A stretch of 64,000 nt of DNA from Candidatus Rifleibacteriota bacterium (GCA_012517355.1 JAAYVD010000110.1:1-64000), one strand, 5' to 3'. Shown: positions 18,228 to 31,085, counted from the first letter of the stretch. The notes: generated by a model not told the origin, from the sequence alone. A program made the numbers and translations.

Positions 18228-19684
18228 TTGAAGAAGGCCGTGACGCCGAAGACCATCCGGTAGTTGTAGCCGTAGCGCTGGTCGTTGGTGACGGCGATGG
18301 GCACGCCGACCTCGAAGGCGAAGTTCTCGGTAGGGGTGTAGCGCAGGCCGGGTGTGACGTCGATGCGCAGCCCTTCGGCGCCCCAGTCCTGGCCGTTGAC
18401 CTCGGTCATGACGGTGACGTTGTGGTTGTGGGGATACTCGATGCCAATGTTGTAGTAGAAGATGTCGGCCAGCCCATCGGGGTAGAACTGGGTGTTGGGG
18501 TCGCCGGTCATGATGTAGCCGAGGTTCAGGTGGGCGATGATGCGCTCGAAGTTCTTGCTGAAGGCGGTGAACACCTCGAAGTCGGTCTTGCCGGTGCCCA
18601 GGCCCTTCTGATCGGAGCCGGTGGGGAACTTGAAGCCGAGCCCGAAGGCCCCGCGCATCTGGTACTGGGGGTTGTCGAACACGCGGTACTTGAAGGCCAG
18701 CTTGCAGTCGCCGGTGCCGGACTCGCGGAAGTCCTTGCTCCAGAGGATGCGGGACTTGACCGTGTAATTGAGGATCGGCAGGCTGAAGGCGAACTCCAGG
18801 TCGTTGGTGACGGCGTAGTTGAAGAAGAGCGGGATCTCGAGCAGATCGCCGCTTTCCCCGCTGGCCAGGACCCGGTCATAGACGCGGTCGAGGGCGAACC
18901 ACGAGGTGTGGAACCCGCACTTGAACGAGCCTTCCCGGCTGATGTCGGCCGAGGTGGTGTTCATCAGGCCGGTCAGTCCCATGAAGTTGGCGGCCAGCAC
19001 CCGCGACACCGCCTCGCCCAGGGGGGCGGTCATCATGGCGTCACGCGTGATGGGGGGAAGGGTCGTGCGCGAGGGTTCGGGGAGGCTCGACACCGGGGGA
19101 AGCTGCAGGGGGTCCTGGGAGTAGATCTCCTGACCGGAGCCGTACACCGGTGCGGCGCCGTAAGGGGGCGGGAAGGATGGCAGCGCGGGGGGATAATCGC
19201 CGCTGGAAACGATCGGGGCCGAGGATCTCTTCTTCGTCGGGGATTTCTTGCTGGATTTCGTCGAGCCGCTGTTCTTCTTCGGTTTGGGGTTGACGGTGGC
19301 GGCCGCGACGGGGGCTTCGGCGGGGGCGATCGCCGGGAGGGAGGGGGCGTCCCCGCCGGTTGCGGGAACGGGGGGAAGATCCGGCGCGGCGGCCGTGTCA
19401 GGGGGCCGGGGGATGGGCTGCAGGGTGGGGTCGGACCCCGAATCCCCCGCGGGGGGAGGCGGGAAGGAGGGGAGGGCGTCCTGCTGGGCGGCGATGGAGG
19501 GGGCGTCCGACAGCACCCGGTAGGCTTCCCCGGTCCTCTGGGTGGCGCGGGCGATGAACGTGCTGCTGAACCCCGAGCTGCGCAGTTGCGACTGGGTGCC
19601 GGACTGCAGGTAGTCCCGCGTCCAGCCGGTGGTCAGGAACACCGAGCAGGCGGCGAGTCCGAGGAGGATGGTCTTCTTGTTCAT
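18224..19684 (-). CDS. outer-membrane beta-barrel protein with a Pro-rich N-terminal region
   Basis: Signal peptide MNKKTILLGLAACSVFL. About 230 aa of Pro/Ala-rich low complexity, then alternating beta-strand pattern ending in a C-terminal ...VTAFFK (terminal Phe/Lys). Confidence 0.6.
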   Translation of the reverse strand: MNKKTILLGLAACSVFLTTGWTRDYLQSGTQSQLRSSGFSSTFIARATQRTGEAYRVLSDAPSIAAQQDALPSFPPPPAGDSGSDPTLQPIPRPPDTAAAPDLPPVPATGGDAPSLPAIAPAEAPVAAATVNPKPKKNSGSTKSSKKSPTKKRSSAPIVSSGDYPPALPSFPPPYGAAPVYGSGQEIYSQDPLQLPPVSSLPEPSRTTLPPITRDAMMTAPLGEAVSRVLAANFMGLTGLMNTTSADISREGSFKCGFHTSWFALDRVYDRVLASGESGDLLEIPLFFNYAVTNDLEFAFSLPILNYTVKSRILWSKDFRESGTGDCKLAFKYRVFDNPQYQMRGAFGLGFKFPTGSDQKGLGTGKTDFEVFTAFSKNFERIIAHLNLGYIMTGDPNTQFYPDGLADIFYYNIGIEYPHNHNVTVMTEVNGQDWGAEGLRIDVTPGLRYTPTENFAFEVGVPIAVTNDQRYGYNYRMVFGVTAFFK

Positions 19685-20324
19685 GCCTGGCTCCTTCGCG
19701 TAGGCCTATCCCTCACGGCGTGTGCTGCCTGACGGTCGGAAAATTTCGATCTCCGGCCGAACGACGGCAGCACGGCAGGTCCTGGATGGCCAGAACGTCA
19801 TTCATGCGGACCTCATCGGCAGGACCTGCAGGTTTGCTTAGGATGCCGGGAAAAAAAGAACGTGGATTCACCACTGAGAAAACGTGAGGAAGGAAACAAA
19901 AAGGGCAGAAGAAAAGCTCCCGTCTGTTCCAGGGCTGACGGACAGGGAACCGAAGCTTCCGCGAGGTGAACGCGTCAGGGTTCCCCTCGCCAGCAGAAAG
20001 AGTCCAGGGCCATCGGCCCTGGTGGGGTGAAGGGGCAAAGCCCCTTCGGAAAGCCTTCGTGCAGATCATCGAAGAAACAAAGCATCACCGAGGAAATCGA
20101 GGAACGTCAGGAGGCAAGGGAAGAGAGTGAGGAGAGGTTACCAGGCGGAGGGAAGGGAGGGTGGGCAAACGAAGGTGAGGGGAGGTGAAGGACAGGGCGA
20201 GGAGGCGAGGAAGGGGATAACGCCCTGGAGGGTCATGGGAGCAGGCCGGTGGACAAGAGGTGGAAAGGGAACCGGGGGGCCCTGGCGGGCCCCCCGGTGG
20301 AAAACGGATTTCTGGAACCGGCGG

Positions 20325-20957
20325 TTATTCGCCCGGACTTTCCTCTTCCTCGTCGGCGTCGGTGTCGCCCACCTGGTCCTCGCTGGCCCCGTGCTTGGAG
20401 CAGGCGACGCCGGCGGTGGCGCCCGTCAGGTCACCGGAAGAGACGTAGGTGCCGCCCTCGGGGCACTTGAGCGTTTCCTTGAGATACTTGCCACTGACCA
20501 GGGCGCTCATGTCGAGGGAGGTCATCATGGTGGAGTGATCCATGTTGTAGCACTCGATGGCGGCCATCAGCACGCGCCGGTTGGCGGCGCAGGTCTTGGC
20601 CGCGTCGGTGGTGGTGGTGCCGGCATCATCGTCGTCCTCTTCATCGTCATCGGCATCGCCGACCGTGACGGTGTCGGTGGCGGTCGAGGCCGTGTCGGAG
20701 GCGGTGACCGTGGTCGTTTCGGAAGCGACCGTGGCCGTGCCGGTCGCGGTGCCGGTGGTGGCAGCGGTGGTGGTGCCGGCGTTGTTCTTCAGAGTCTCTC
20801 CGAAGGACTTGATGCCTTCGGCCACCTTGCTGATGACGCCGGCGATCTTGGTGATGAAGTCACCGATCTTGGCCAGGTCGATGTTGCAGCCGGTCAGGGT
20901 CATCGAGGCCACCATCATCACGAGCACGAACACACAAGCCTTGAAAAACCTCTTCAT
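20325..20957 (-). CDS. lipoprotein with a Thr/Ala-rich linker and a Cys-containing C-terminal domain resembling pilin-like (prepilin-type) domains
   Basis: Lipobox LTGC. C-terminal CAANRRVLMAAIECYNMDH...CPEGGTY. Confidence 0.55.
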   Translation of the reverse strand: MKRFFKACVFVLVMMVASMTLTGCNIDLAKIGDFITKIAGVISKVAEGIKSFGETLKNNAGTTTAATTGTATGTATVASETTTVTASDTASTATDTVTVGDADDDEEDDDDAGTTTTDAAKTCAANRRVLMAAIECYNMDHSTMMTSLDMSALVSGKYLKETLKCPEGGTYVSSGDLTGATAGVACSKHGASEDQVGDTDADEEEESPGE

Positions 20958-21316
20958 GGTTCTCCCCCTTCGAAAATTTCCGGTTTCCCCAAGTGTATCA
21001 CGGCGCCTGGCGTCAGGTCGCCTTTTTCACCAGGAGGTACGCCGCAGGTTCACCAAAGGTTCAAAGTTTTTTTCACGATCCGTTCGAAGGCCATCGACAC
21101 TCCCGCAGGTGTTTGACAAACGGCTATGGCTCGACGTTCTCCCCTTGCCTCACAACCTCGAACCTCCTTGCCACGCTCTGGATAGGTTCTGACACCCCTC
21201 CCCCCTGTCTCCCATTCCCCTGCCGCCCTCGAGGTTTCTGTCGAAATGCTGAAGTCTCCGAAGAACGGGTGACGGGGCGAAGCCCCTTCGGAAAGCCTTG
21301 CAGCGGTCATCGGTTT

Positions 21317-21955
21317 TCAGGGTGGTGGCAGGTCGATCACCGACCGCCGGTTGGTGATGAAATTCGGGTGGCGCTCGAGGCGGGACTCGTATTCGGAGCG
21401 GACGGAGGTGCGCAGTTCGGTCGGGGCGTTCTTGACGTAGGGGGTGCTGGGCAGGATGAGGATCCGGATGTCGTAGAAGTTCTGGCCGAGGATGACGCGG
21501 CGCTCGATGGAGAACTGCCCGACGTTGGTGGCGAGGGTTTCGGGCTGGGCGGAGAACCCGCCGGCCAGTCGGGGATGGATCTTCAGGGAGCGCACCAGGG
21601 TCTTTTTCGCCCGGTCGAAGGTGTAGGTGACGAGGTTGACGGGGTTTTCGTCGCCCGTGTAGACCGGGCCGGTGTTGCCGGCCGGGAAGACGGGGAACAC
21701 GGCGGAGAAGGCGGCGGCGGTGGAGGCCACGGTCATGCCGGTGGTGTCGTTGAAGCAGAAGTTCTTGAGGTCGCGTTGGGCCTTTTCGAGGACGATGCGG
21801 GCCTTGGCGAGGGTCTCGAGGCGGTCGAGCCCCTTGTAGGCCGACTTCTGGGTCATGATCAGGAAGTTGATGATGGGCAGCAGCAGGATGATCCCGATGG
21901 TGCAGACGATCATGACTTCGACGAGGGTCAGGCCCCGGCGGCGGGTGTCAGTCAT
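21317..21955 (-). CDS. prepilin-type (type IV pilin / T2SS pseudopilin-like) protein
   Basis: N-terminus RRGLTLVEVMIVCTIGIILL matches the class III prepilin cleavage/methylation motif (G-x-T-L-x-E). GGGGAAGGA ribosome-binding site. Confidence 0.7.
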   Translation of the reverse strand: MTDTRRRGLTLVEVMIVCTIGIILLLPIINFLIMTQKSAYKGLDRLETLAKARIVLEKAQRDLKNFCFNDTTGMTVASTAAAFSAVFPVFPAGNTGPVYTGDENPVNLVTYTFDRAKKTLVRSLKIHPRLAGGFSAQPETLATNVGQFSIERRVILGQNFYDIRILILPSTPYVKNAPTELRTSVRSEYESRLERHPNFITNRRSVIDLPPP

Positions 21956-22439
21956 ATTCCTTCCCCACCAGGCGGGCCAGGATGACGCTTTCGCGGCGCA
22001 GGAAGGCGTCGGTCGGCTGCACGGTGACCTCGACGAGCACCACCTTGCGGGTATTGTCGTGGGTGAGCCGGATCATGCGTTTGAACAGTTTGAAGTCGGC
22101 GGGGTAGGGCAGCAGGCTGCCGTTGTCGAGCTGGACGTCGCCCAGGTCGACGAACTCGCCCGGTTTGAACCGCTGGGTGAACGAGGTGCCGGGGTTCTGG
22201 ATCAGGGAGACCAGGTTTTCATAGCCGAGTCCGGCGACCCACTCCAGGCCTTCGGTAGCCAGGCAGTAGGCGATGGTTTCCCGGTAGGAGTCGAGGGTGC
22301 CCTGGTTCGAGGACCGGTAGACGGTGAACAGGAAGACGAAGCCGGCCATCAGGAAGATGACGGCGACCAGGATCTCGAGGAGCGAGAAGGAGCGGCGGCG
22401 GCGCGGGGGCCGGCGGTCAGGGGCGGGCGCCGGGGTCAT
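21948..22439 (-). CDS. prepilin-type pseudopilin-like protein
   Basis: RSFSLLEILVAVIFLMAGF prepilin motif. 163 aa. Overlaps both neighbouring genes. Confidence 0.65.
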   Translation of the reverse strand: MTPAPAPDRRPPRRRRSFSLLEILVAVIFLMAGFVFLFTVYRSSNQGTLDSYRETIAYCLATEGLEWVAGLGYENLVSLIQNPGTSFTQRFKPGEFVDLGDVQLDNGSLLPYPADFKLFKRMIRLTHDNTRKVVLVEVTVQPTDAFLRRESVILARLVGKEYD

Positions 22440-24528
22440 CGAAGGTCATCCGGGCGGTGCGGAGGCGGCCGCCGAAGGTGGTGCAGTAGAGCAGGTCGCC
22501 GTTGAGGGTTTCGCTGTCGTAGGTCAGGGAGTTTTCGACGCCGGTGGCCATGGTTCCGAGCTGGAGGCGGTCGGCCAGCAGGTTTCCCTTGACCTGGGCC
22601 TTGCGGCCCGAGAAATTGACGATGGAAAGGCCGCCGCCCCCGGTGGGGTTGTACCGGTAGTTGAGGGCGATCAGGGAAGCCTCGATCTTGCCCGGGGCCT
22701 TGACGTTGGCGATGATGTTGCCGCGGTAGGTGTAGAGCATGCAGGGGCCGTCGGCGGCGGGGTCGGCCTTGGTGAAGTTCCCCTCGATGCGGATGTCGCC
22801 GTAGGAGAGCAGGACGCCGCGACCGCTGTATTTCAGGTCCTGTTTGATGGTGAGGCCTTCCGCCTCGTTTTCGATCATGACGATGCCGTTCAGGGTCAGG
22901 GTGTTGGTGTCGGCGTCGTAGAAGGGGCTGTTGTAGAGTTCCTGCGAGTTGACGAACCGGTAGGACCGCACCAGGAAGGGGGCGAACGGCAGGAAGTTGG
23001 TGAAATCGACGGTCGTTCCGCCGATGGTGCGGCCGACGAGGGGCGGATCGGGGTAGACGCCGGGCAGGTTGCGGTCGGCGTAGGCGGGCTTGGGCTTGAA
23101 CGGGTACAGGGGGTTGGGCATCGACATCAGCAGGGTCTTGTCGCGGTTTTCGTAGAACCTGATGACCTTGTAGATCTCCTTGGTGGAATCGGAGATGCTG
23201 GCGCTGTTCTGGAGCATGTTCAACTCGCTGTCGGAATAATACTGCACGTCGATGTTGAACTTGTCGCCGACCTGCTGGGTGATGGCCTGGTTGACCTGGG
23301 CGTTGTCGGTGATCTCGGAGAAGTCCATGCGGAAGGTGGCGGTCTGCCAGAACCGCTGTCGGACGTTGCCCTCGATCAGGTTGCACATGCTCTGGTCGTT
23401 GTCCTGTGGCCCGAGCAGGTGGATCGGCTTCTCCTTGTTGCCGATGGTGGTGCCTTCACGAATGCGGAAGAACCGGTCGAACAGCGCCTTGACGCGGGCC
23501 ACCAGGTTCTGCCACCAGCCCTGGGTGCCGACCAGGGGCTTGTGTTCCACCGAGATGATCGCCTTGACCTTCTCGGGGGTGAAGTTCACCTGCCCCTGGG
23601 CCTGCTGCTCCGCTTCCTGGATCTTGGCCTCGAGTTCCTGGGTGAACTTGGGCATGTGGTCGGCCTGCTTGAGGGTGGTCCAGGGGATGACGAGGTCGGG
23701 CGGGTTGTCGGGCAGGAGCCAGTCCATCTTCTCGTTGACGTTGACGAAGACGTATTTCTGGGTCTTGTCGGGGTCGTTCTCGCGACCGCAGCCGAGGAAG
23801 ATCTTGCCGCGCTTGCCGCTGTTGGTGTGGTCGATGATGAGGGTGCGGTCGTCGTTGTTGAGCGACTTCCCCTTCACGTTGATGTCCTGGAACTCCTGGT
23901 AGGCGTCGCGGATGTAGAGGACGTAGTCGTTCAGCGCGTTGGTGGTGTAGCCGCGGTTGACCCGCTGCGAGGGGAGGCTGCGCAGGCAGGCCCGCTTCAC
24001 GTCGAACTCGTAGAGGAAGCTCGAGAAGCGGCGTTTGTCGGAAGGCCCGAGGCCCAGGCGGAACTGGAAGCGGACGGTTCCCTGGTACTCGCGGTCGAAG
24101 GTGCTGCGCTTGCGCGTGCCGCCGATCTCCTCGATCAGGTCGTAATCGACGTGGCGGACGGTGACGGTGCCGTCGAGCTCGCAGCGCCCGCTGCCGCCGA
24201 GCAGGGAGTTGGCCATGGCGCTGGTGGAGGGGAGGTCGGCCAGACTGAAGGGGACGCCGCGGTTGTTGCTGGCGGGGTTGGCGATGAGGTTGGCGAGGGC
24301 CTGGTTGTTCTTCACGCGGTCGTGGATGGTGGCGCGGTACTCGGCGATGGCGCTCTCGGCGACCAGGCGGGCCAGGTCGTCGCGGTAGAAGACGTAGAAG
24401 ATGTTCTTCGACTGAACGGTCGAGAACAGGTACCAGGTGCCGAGCGTGGCCAGGACGGTGATCAGCACCAGCACGAAGGGCAGGATGAAGGCGCGGCGGC
24501 CGGGGGGCGGGGTCAGGGCCTGGCGCAT
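22417..24528 (-). CDS. large pseudopilin-like protein (GspK-like N-terminus)
   Basis: RRAFILPFVLVLITVLATLG hydrophobic N-terminus as in minor pseudopilins. 703 aa. AGGAGGA ribosome-binding site. Confidence 0.5.
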   Translation of the reverse strand: MRQALTPPPGRRAFILPFVLVLITVLATLGTWYLFSTVQSKNIFYVFYRDDLARLVAESAIAEYRATIHDRVKNNQALANLIANPASNNRGVPFSLADLPSTSAMANSLLGGSGRCELDGTVTVRHVDYDLIEEIGGTRKRSTFDREYQGTVRFQFRLGLGPSDKRRFSSFLYEFDVKRACLRSLPSQRVNRGYTTNALNDYVLYIRDAYQEFQDINVKGKSLNNDDRTLIIDHTNSGKRGKIFLGCGRENDPDKTQKYVFVNVNEKMDWLLPDNPPDLVIPWTTLKQADHMPKFTQELEAKIQEAEQQAQGQVNFTPEKVKAIISVEHKPLVGTQGWWQNLVARVKALFDRFFRIREGTTIGNKEKPIHLLGPQDNDQSMCNLIEGNVRQRFWQTATFRMDFSEITDNAQVNQAITQQVGDKFNIDVQYYSDSELNMLQNSASISDSTKEIYKVIRFYENRDKTLLMSMPNPLYPFKPKPAYADRNLPGVYPDPPLVGRTIGGTTVDFTNFLPFAPFLVRSYRFVNSQELYNSPFYDADTNTLTLNGIVMIENEAEGLTIKQDLKYSGRGVLLSYGDIRIEGNFTKADPAADGPCMLYTYRGNIIANVKAPGKIEASLIALNYRYNPTGGGGLSIVNFSGRKAQVKGNLLADRLQLGTMATGVENSLTYDSETLNGDLLYCTTFGGRLRTARMTFDDPGARP

Positions 24529-24616
24529 CGGCTTCCTCCTGTGGCGGGGATCTTCCCGGGGTGGTCGGTTCCCTCACCGACCCTCATAGAGTATACGCTC
24601 GTTCCAGGGGAATGGT

Positions 24617-26895
<2,279 letters not shown>

Positions 26896-26899
<4 letters not shown>

Positions 26900-27210
26900 T
26901 CCTTCTCCATCGAACACTTGAGCGGGAAGCCCCGTTCGCGGGCCAGGGCGTGGACGGTTTCGATCTTGGTCTCGGCGATGTCGCGGGTGAACACGCCCGC
27001 CAGGCCCTTGCCGTTGCGGTGGACGTGCAGCATGATCTGGGTGGCTTCCATGGCCGGCTTGTGGAAGACCTTCTCGAGGACCTCCACGACGAACTCCATG
27101 GTCGAGTAGTCGTCGTTCAGGAGGAAGACCTTGTACAAAGACGGTTCCTGCGTCTTCTGCCGGGTCTTCTCCTGGACGTCGCGGTCGGGTCGGTAGGCGG
27201 GTTGGCTCAT
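26896..27210 (-). CDS. clpS: ATP-dependent Clp protease adaptor ClpS
   Basis: 104 aa with [21 protein letters not shown], typical of ClpS. Immediately upstream of clpA with a 4-nt overlap. Confidence 0.85.
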
Positions 27211-29201
27211 CTCGGCTGGTCCTCCCGGGCGGCGGCGGGGCCGCCCGCGTCGAGCATCTGGTGGAGGGCTTCCCAGCGTTCCATCGACCGCGCCAGTTCA
27301 CCGGTGACGGCCTGGTGGCGGCTCGACAGCTGGGTCAGGTGGGCGGGGGTGCAGCCGGGGGCCGGGCTGGCCAGCTCGCGCTCGATCTGGCCGATCTCCT
27401 GTTCGAGGCGGGTGATCTCGGTCTCGACCGAGGCGATGTCGCGTTCCCAGCGCTGGCGCTGGTTGCTTTGGCGCTTGCGCTCCTTCCAGGACTCCTGGGC
27501 CTCGCGGTCGTCGGCCCCCTCACCGTCTCCGTTCCCGCCCCGGCGGTCGGCCGTGGCCTCGGCCACCGCCTGGAGGGTGCCGTGCTGGCAGGCCCAGAGA
27601 TACTGGCTGTAGTTGCCTTCGTAGGCGATGACCCGGCTGTCGCGCAGCGCCAGGATGCGGGTGGCGAGGCAGTCGAGGAAGAACCGGTCGTGGGAGACGA
27701 GGATGAGGGTGCCGGGGAAGGCGTCGAGCGCCTGCAGCAGTGCTTCCCGGCTGCTGATGTCGAGGTGGTTGGTCGGTTCGTCCATCAGCAGGAGGTTGAA
27801 GGGGCGCAGCATCAGGCGGGCCAGGCCCAGGCGGCTCTTCTCGCCGCCCGACAGCACCCGCACGGGCCGTTCGACGTCGTCGCCGGAGAACAGGAAGGCG
27901 CCGAGCAGGTTCCGCAGTTGCGGCACCATGTCGAACGGGCAGTCGCGCAGCATGCGCTGCCAGACGGTCTCCTCGCCCTCGAAGCTGATCTCCTCGTCCT
28001 GGGCGAAGTAGCCCTGCTGGACGCGGAAGCCGGGCTCGAGGCGGCCGGTGAACCGGGGGTCGGTGCCGGCCAGGATGCGCATCAGGGTCGACTTGCCGGT
28101 GCCGTTCTCGCCGATGATGGCGAGGCGGTCGCCGCGGCAGAGGGTGAACCCGACGTCCCTGAGGACGTGGTGGTCGCCGTAGGAACGGTTGAGGTTCTCG
28201 GCGGTGAGCACGGTCTCGCCGCTGGCGGGGCAGGGGGGGAAGGTGAAGTCGATGCCGCGCTCGGCCTGGAAGGTCTGCACCTCGTCCCACTTCTCGAGCA
28301 TCTTGATGCGGCTCTGCACCTGGGAGGCCTTGGTGTTCTTGTAGCGGAACCGCTCGATGAACCGGGTGATGCGGCGGCGTTCCTTGTCCTGGCGCTCCTT
28401 GGCCGCCTCGGCTTCGGCGATCCAGGAGTCGAGGGCCTCGAGGAACTGGGAGTAGTTGCCGCGGTAGGTCCGGGCGCCGTCGGGCAGCAGGGCGACGACC
28501 GAGGTGGCGAGGCGGTCGAGGAAGTAGCGGTCGTGGGAGACGATCAGCATGCCGCCGCGATAGTCGCCCAGGTATTCCTCGAGGAAGGCGATGGAGGCGA
28601 TGTCGAGGTAGTTCGTGGGTTCGTCGAGCAGCAGGAAGTCGGGCTCGGTGAGAAGCAGGCGGGCGAAGTAGGCCCGCATCTGCCAGCCGCCCGAAAATTC
28701 GCGCAGCGGGTCGTGGAAGCGGGCCTCGGGGAACCCGAGGCCCTTGAGCACGCGCACGGTGCGGGCCTGCCAGGTGAACCCGCCCTCGTCCTGGAAGCGG
28801 GTCTGCAGGACGTCGAGGCGCTCCTGGTGGGCGTGCACCTGGGGCTCGGCGGCGAGGCGGGCCTCGGCCTGGCGGATTTCGTCCTGGAGCTTGAAGAGGG
28901 GGGCGAAGGCCTGGGTGGCGAGGTCCCACAGGGTGGCGGTGGCGCGTTCGGCGTTCCAGGCGGCGTCCTGCGCGAGGAAGATCTCCTGCGGCAGGTAGCC
29001 GATGCGGGCGTCGCGGGGCCGCACCACCCGGCCGGTGTCGGCGGTCTCCTGGCCGAGGATGATGCGCATGAGGGTGGTCTTCCCCGAGCCGTTGCGGCCG
29101 ACCAGGGCGATGCGCTCGCCGGGCGGCACGGCGAAGCTCACCCCCCGGAAGAGGGTGCGCACGCTGAAGGCCTTCGAGAGGTCCTGGATCTGGAGTGACA
29201 T
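27207..29201 (-). CDS. ABC-F family ATPase (EttA/Uup/YheS-like translation factor type)
   Basis: Two ABC ATPase cassettes (GRNGSGKTT and GENGTGKST) with no TM domain, plus a C-terminal coiled-coil. Confidence 0.85.
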   Translation of the reverse strand: MSLQIQDLSKAFSVRTLFRGVSFAVPPGERIALVGRNGSGKTTLMRIILGQETADTGRVVRPRDARIGYLPQEIFLAQDAAWNAERATATLWDLATQAFAPLFKLQDEIRQAEARLAAEPQVHAHQERLDVLQTRFQDEGGFTWQARTVRVLKGLGFPEARFHDPLREFSGGWQMRAYFARLLLTEPDFLLLDEPTNYLDIASIAFLEEYLGDYRGGMLIVSHDRYFLDRLATSVVALLPDGARTYRGNYSQFLEALDSWIAEAEAAKERQDKERRRITRFIERFRYKNTKASQVQSRIKMLEKWDEVQTFQAERGIDFTFPPCPASGETVLTAENLNRSYGDHHVLRDVGFTLCRGDRLAIIGENGTGKSTLMRILAGTDPRFTGRLEPGFRVQQGYFAQDEEISFEGEETVWQRMLRDCPFDMVPQLRNLLGAFLFSGDDVERPVRVLSGGEKSRLGLARLMLRPFNLLLMDEPTNHLDISSREALLQALDAFPGTLILVSHDRFFLDCLATRILALRDSRVIAYEGNYSQYLWACQHGTLQAVAEATADRRGGNGDGEGADDREAQESWKERKRQSNQRQRWERDIASVETEITRLEQEIGQIERELASPAPGCTPAHLTQLSSRHQAVTGELARSMERWEALHQMLDAGGPAAAREDQPR

Positions 29202-29456
29202 CTTGTTCTGGAGCCGATTTTAGCACATCAAGGAGTATCTCTTCAACGAGCCCACCGGGCCTCACGAACCCGGGCCCCGGAATGGGGACGGGCTTGGGGC
29301 CCAGGCCGACGCGGGCGTCGCGGTTCCTTTCCGCCATCTGGTTTCCCGGAACCTTCCGGTGGCTTTACAGGCACCTTTCTGTCGGGCATACTTCGACCGG
29401 GTGTCGGGCGCGGACCGGGGAGTGATGATCCGGCTCCGAAGCCGAAGGACCCCACC

Positions 29457-30836
29457 GTGGGAGGAACCGTGAAGCACGGCAGATGCTGGTGGGTGGTGGC
29501 CCTCGTCCTGGTGTCCGGATGGTGGTCCGCAGGGTGGGCGGTCGGGGAGCCGGGTGATCCGGCGTCCTTTTCCTCGGCCATCATCGGGGTGAACGCTGGT
29601 CAGTTCCCGGCCATCGAGGTCGATGTGAAGGTCTTTTCCCGGAACCCGGTCCCTCCTTCGCGGGACGACTTCGAGGTCTTCGAAAACCAGTCCCGGATCG
29701 CCTCCTTCACCGTTTCCCGGCGAAAACCCCGCCATTTCCTGGTCCTGGCCCTCGATCGCTCTTCGAGCATCGAGCCGGCCATGCCAGCGCTCAAGCAAGC
29801 GGCCACATCCTTTGTTTCCCTCATGCCGCAGGATACGACCATGGCCGTCCTGTCCTTCGGGTCCGACGTGGAGATCGACCAGGGCTTCACGGCCGACCAG
29901 ACCCGTCTTACCGCCGCCATCGGGAAGATCCGGCCGTATGGGGGAACCTCCCTCTACGACGCCGTCTGGCAGGCCGCCGAGCAGTTGAACAACGGGGCGG
30001 GCCGGAACGACCCCCGGACCCTGGTGGTCCTCACCGACGGCAAGGATTCCAACCCCGCCGGCACGGAGCAGATGTCCATCAGGACCCGGAAGGAGGCCGT
30101 GGAAAAGGCGGTGCGGGGCCGGGTCCGGATCATCGCCATCGGCCTGGGAAACGACCTCGACGAAGAGGCGATGAAGGGCCTGGCCAAACCGACCGGTGGT
30201 GCCTACCTGCACGCGCCCCATCCCGATCAGCTGGCCGCCATCTATGCCCGGCTGGCGGAGCGGATGAAACTCGAACAATACCTGGGCCTCCGGTATGTCA
30301 CCCCCAATCCGCTGACGGACGGGACGACCCGGATGATCCAGATCGTCAGCCGCGGTTCAGGCCGGACGGACCAGGGGACCAGCCGCTACGTCGCCCCGCT
30401 GCCGCCGCCGGAGCCGCCCCCCGCCTCTCTGGCCGCGGATCCGGACGCCCCGAAGGGCATCCGCCAGCAGTTACGGGGCGTCCACCTCAAGGTCCCCATG
30501 TATGAGGATTTCTGGGCTCCGCGGGACCCCAACGCCCCGAACGCGTACCGGAAGTTCACCGTGTATCGCAAGACCAACGAACCCCCGCAGTTCGGACCTG
30601 ACCACCCGGACCTGTATCTGGAGAAGACGGAGGCATTCGAGCTGGATGTCCATCTTCCCGCCCTTTCCGAGCATGTCCAGACGTATCTCCGGGACTATCC
30701 GGGGGCGAGGATCGTGGGGTCCCAGACCTGGGAGTGGACCACCGCGAGCGCTTCCGAGAAGAACCACGTCGAAGTCCTCGACGAGCCGGGGGAGGGGAAT
30801 GCCAGCCCCGGTTCCGCCCCGCCGGCGCAGGAATGA
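29457..30836 (+). CDS. secreted von Willebrand factor type A (VWA) domain protein
   Basis: Signal-peptide-like N-terminus. LVLALDRSSSI (MIDAS DxSxS) ...LTDG. GTG start at 29457, with 29469 as an alternative. Confidence 0.7.
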   Translation: MGGTVKHGRCWWVVALVLVSGWWSAGWAVGEPGDPASFSSAIIGVNAGQFPAIEVDVKVFSRNPVPPSRDDFEVFENQSRIASFTVSRRKPRHFLVLALDRSSSIEPAMPALKQAATSFVSLMPQDTTMAVLSFGSDVEIDQGFTADQTRLTAAIGKIRPYGGTSLYDAVWQAAEQLNNGAGRNDPRTLVVLTDGKDSNPAGTEQMSIRTRKEAVEKAVRGRVRIIAIGLGNDLDEEAMKGLAKPTGGAYLHAPHPDQLAAIYARLAERMKLEQYLGLRYVTPNPLTDGTTRMIQIVSRGSGRTDQGTSRYVAPLPPPEPPPASLAADPDAPKGIRQQLRGVHLKVPMYEDFWAPRDPNAPNAYRKFTVYRKTNEPPQFGPDHPDLYLEKTEAFELDVHLPALSEHVQTYLRDYPGARIVGSQTWEWTTASASEKNHVEVLDEPGEGNASPGSAPPAQE

Positions 30837-31085
30837 GCAGGCCTCCAACGCCCGAAACCATCGGGCCGCCGCCCTTCCACAGGACCTCGGAGGGAGGGAA
30901 TCCGTCCAACGGTTTCAACCGATGATGGCCCCCCCACCCAAGCCCCGCCACGAAAGCCAGTCTTCCCGCTCCCAGGCACCAGGATCTTCTGGGGCGTTCG
31001 GGGTCTGGCCGGACTGGTCAACGCCTGGTTCGGGCTCCAGGCCTATCTGGTCATCGACCGCACCTTCCACCATACCGGCGCCTGG

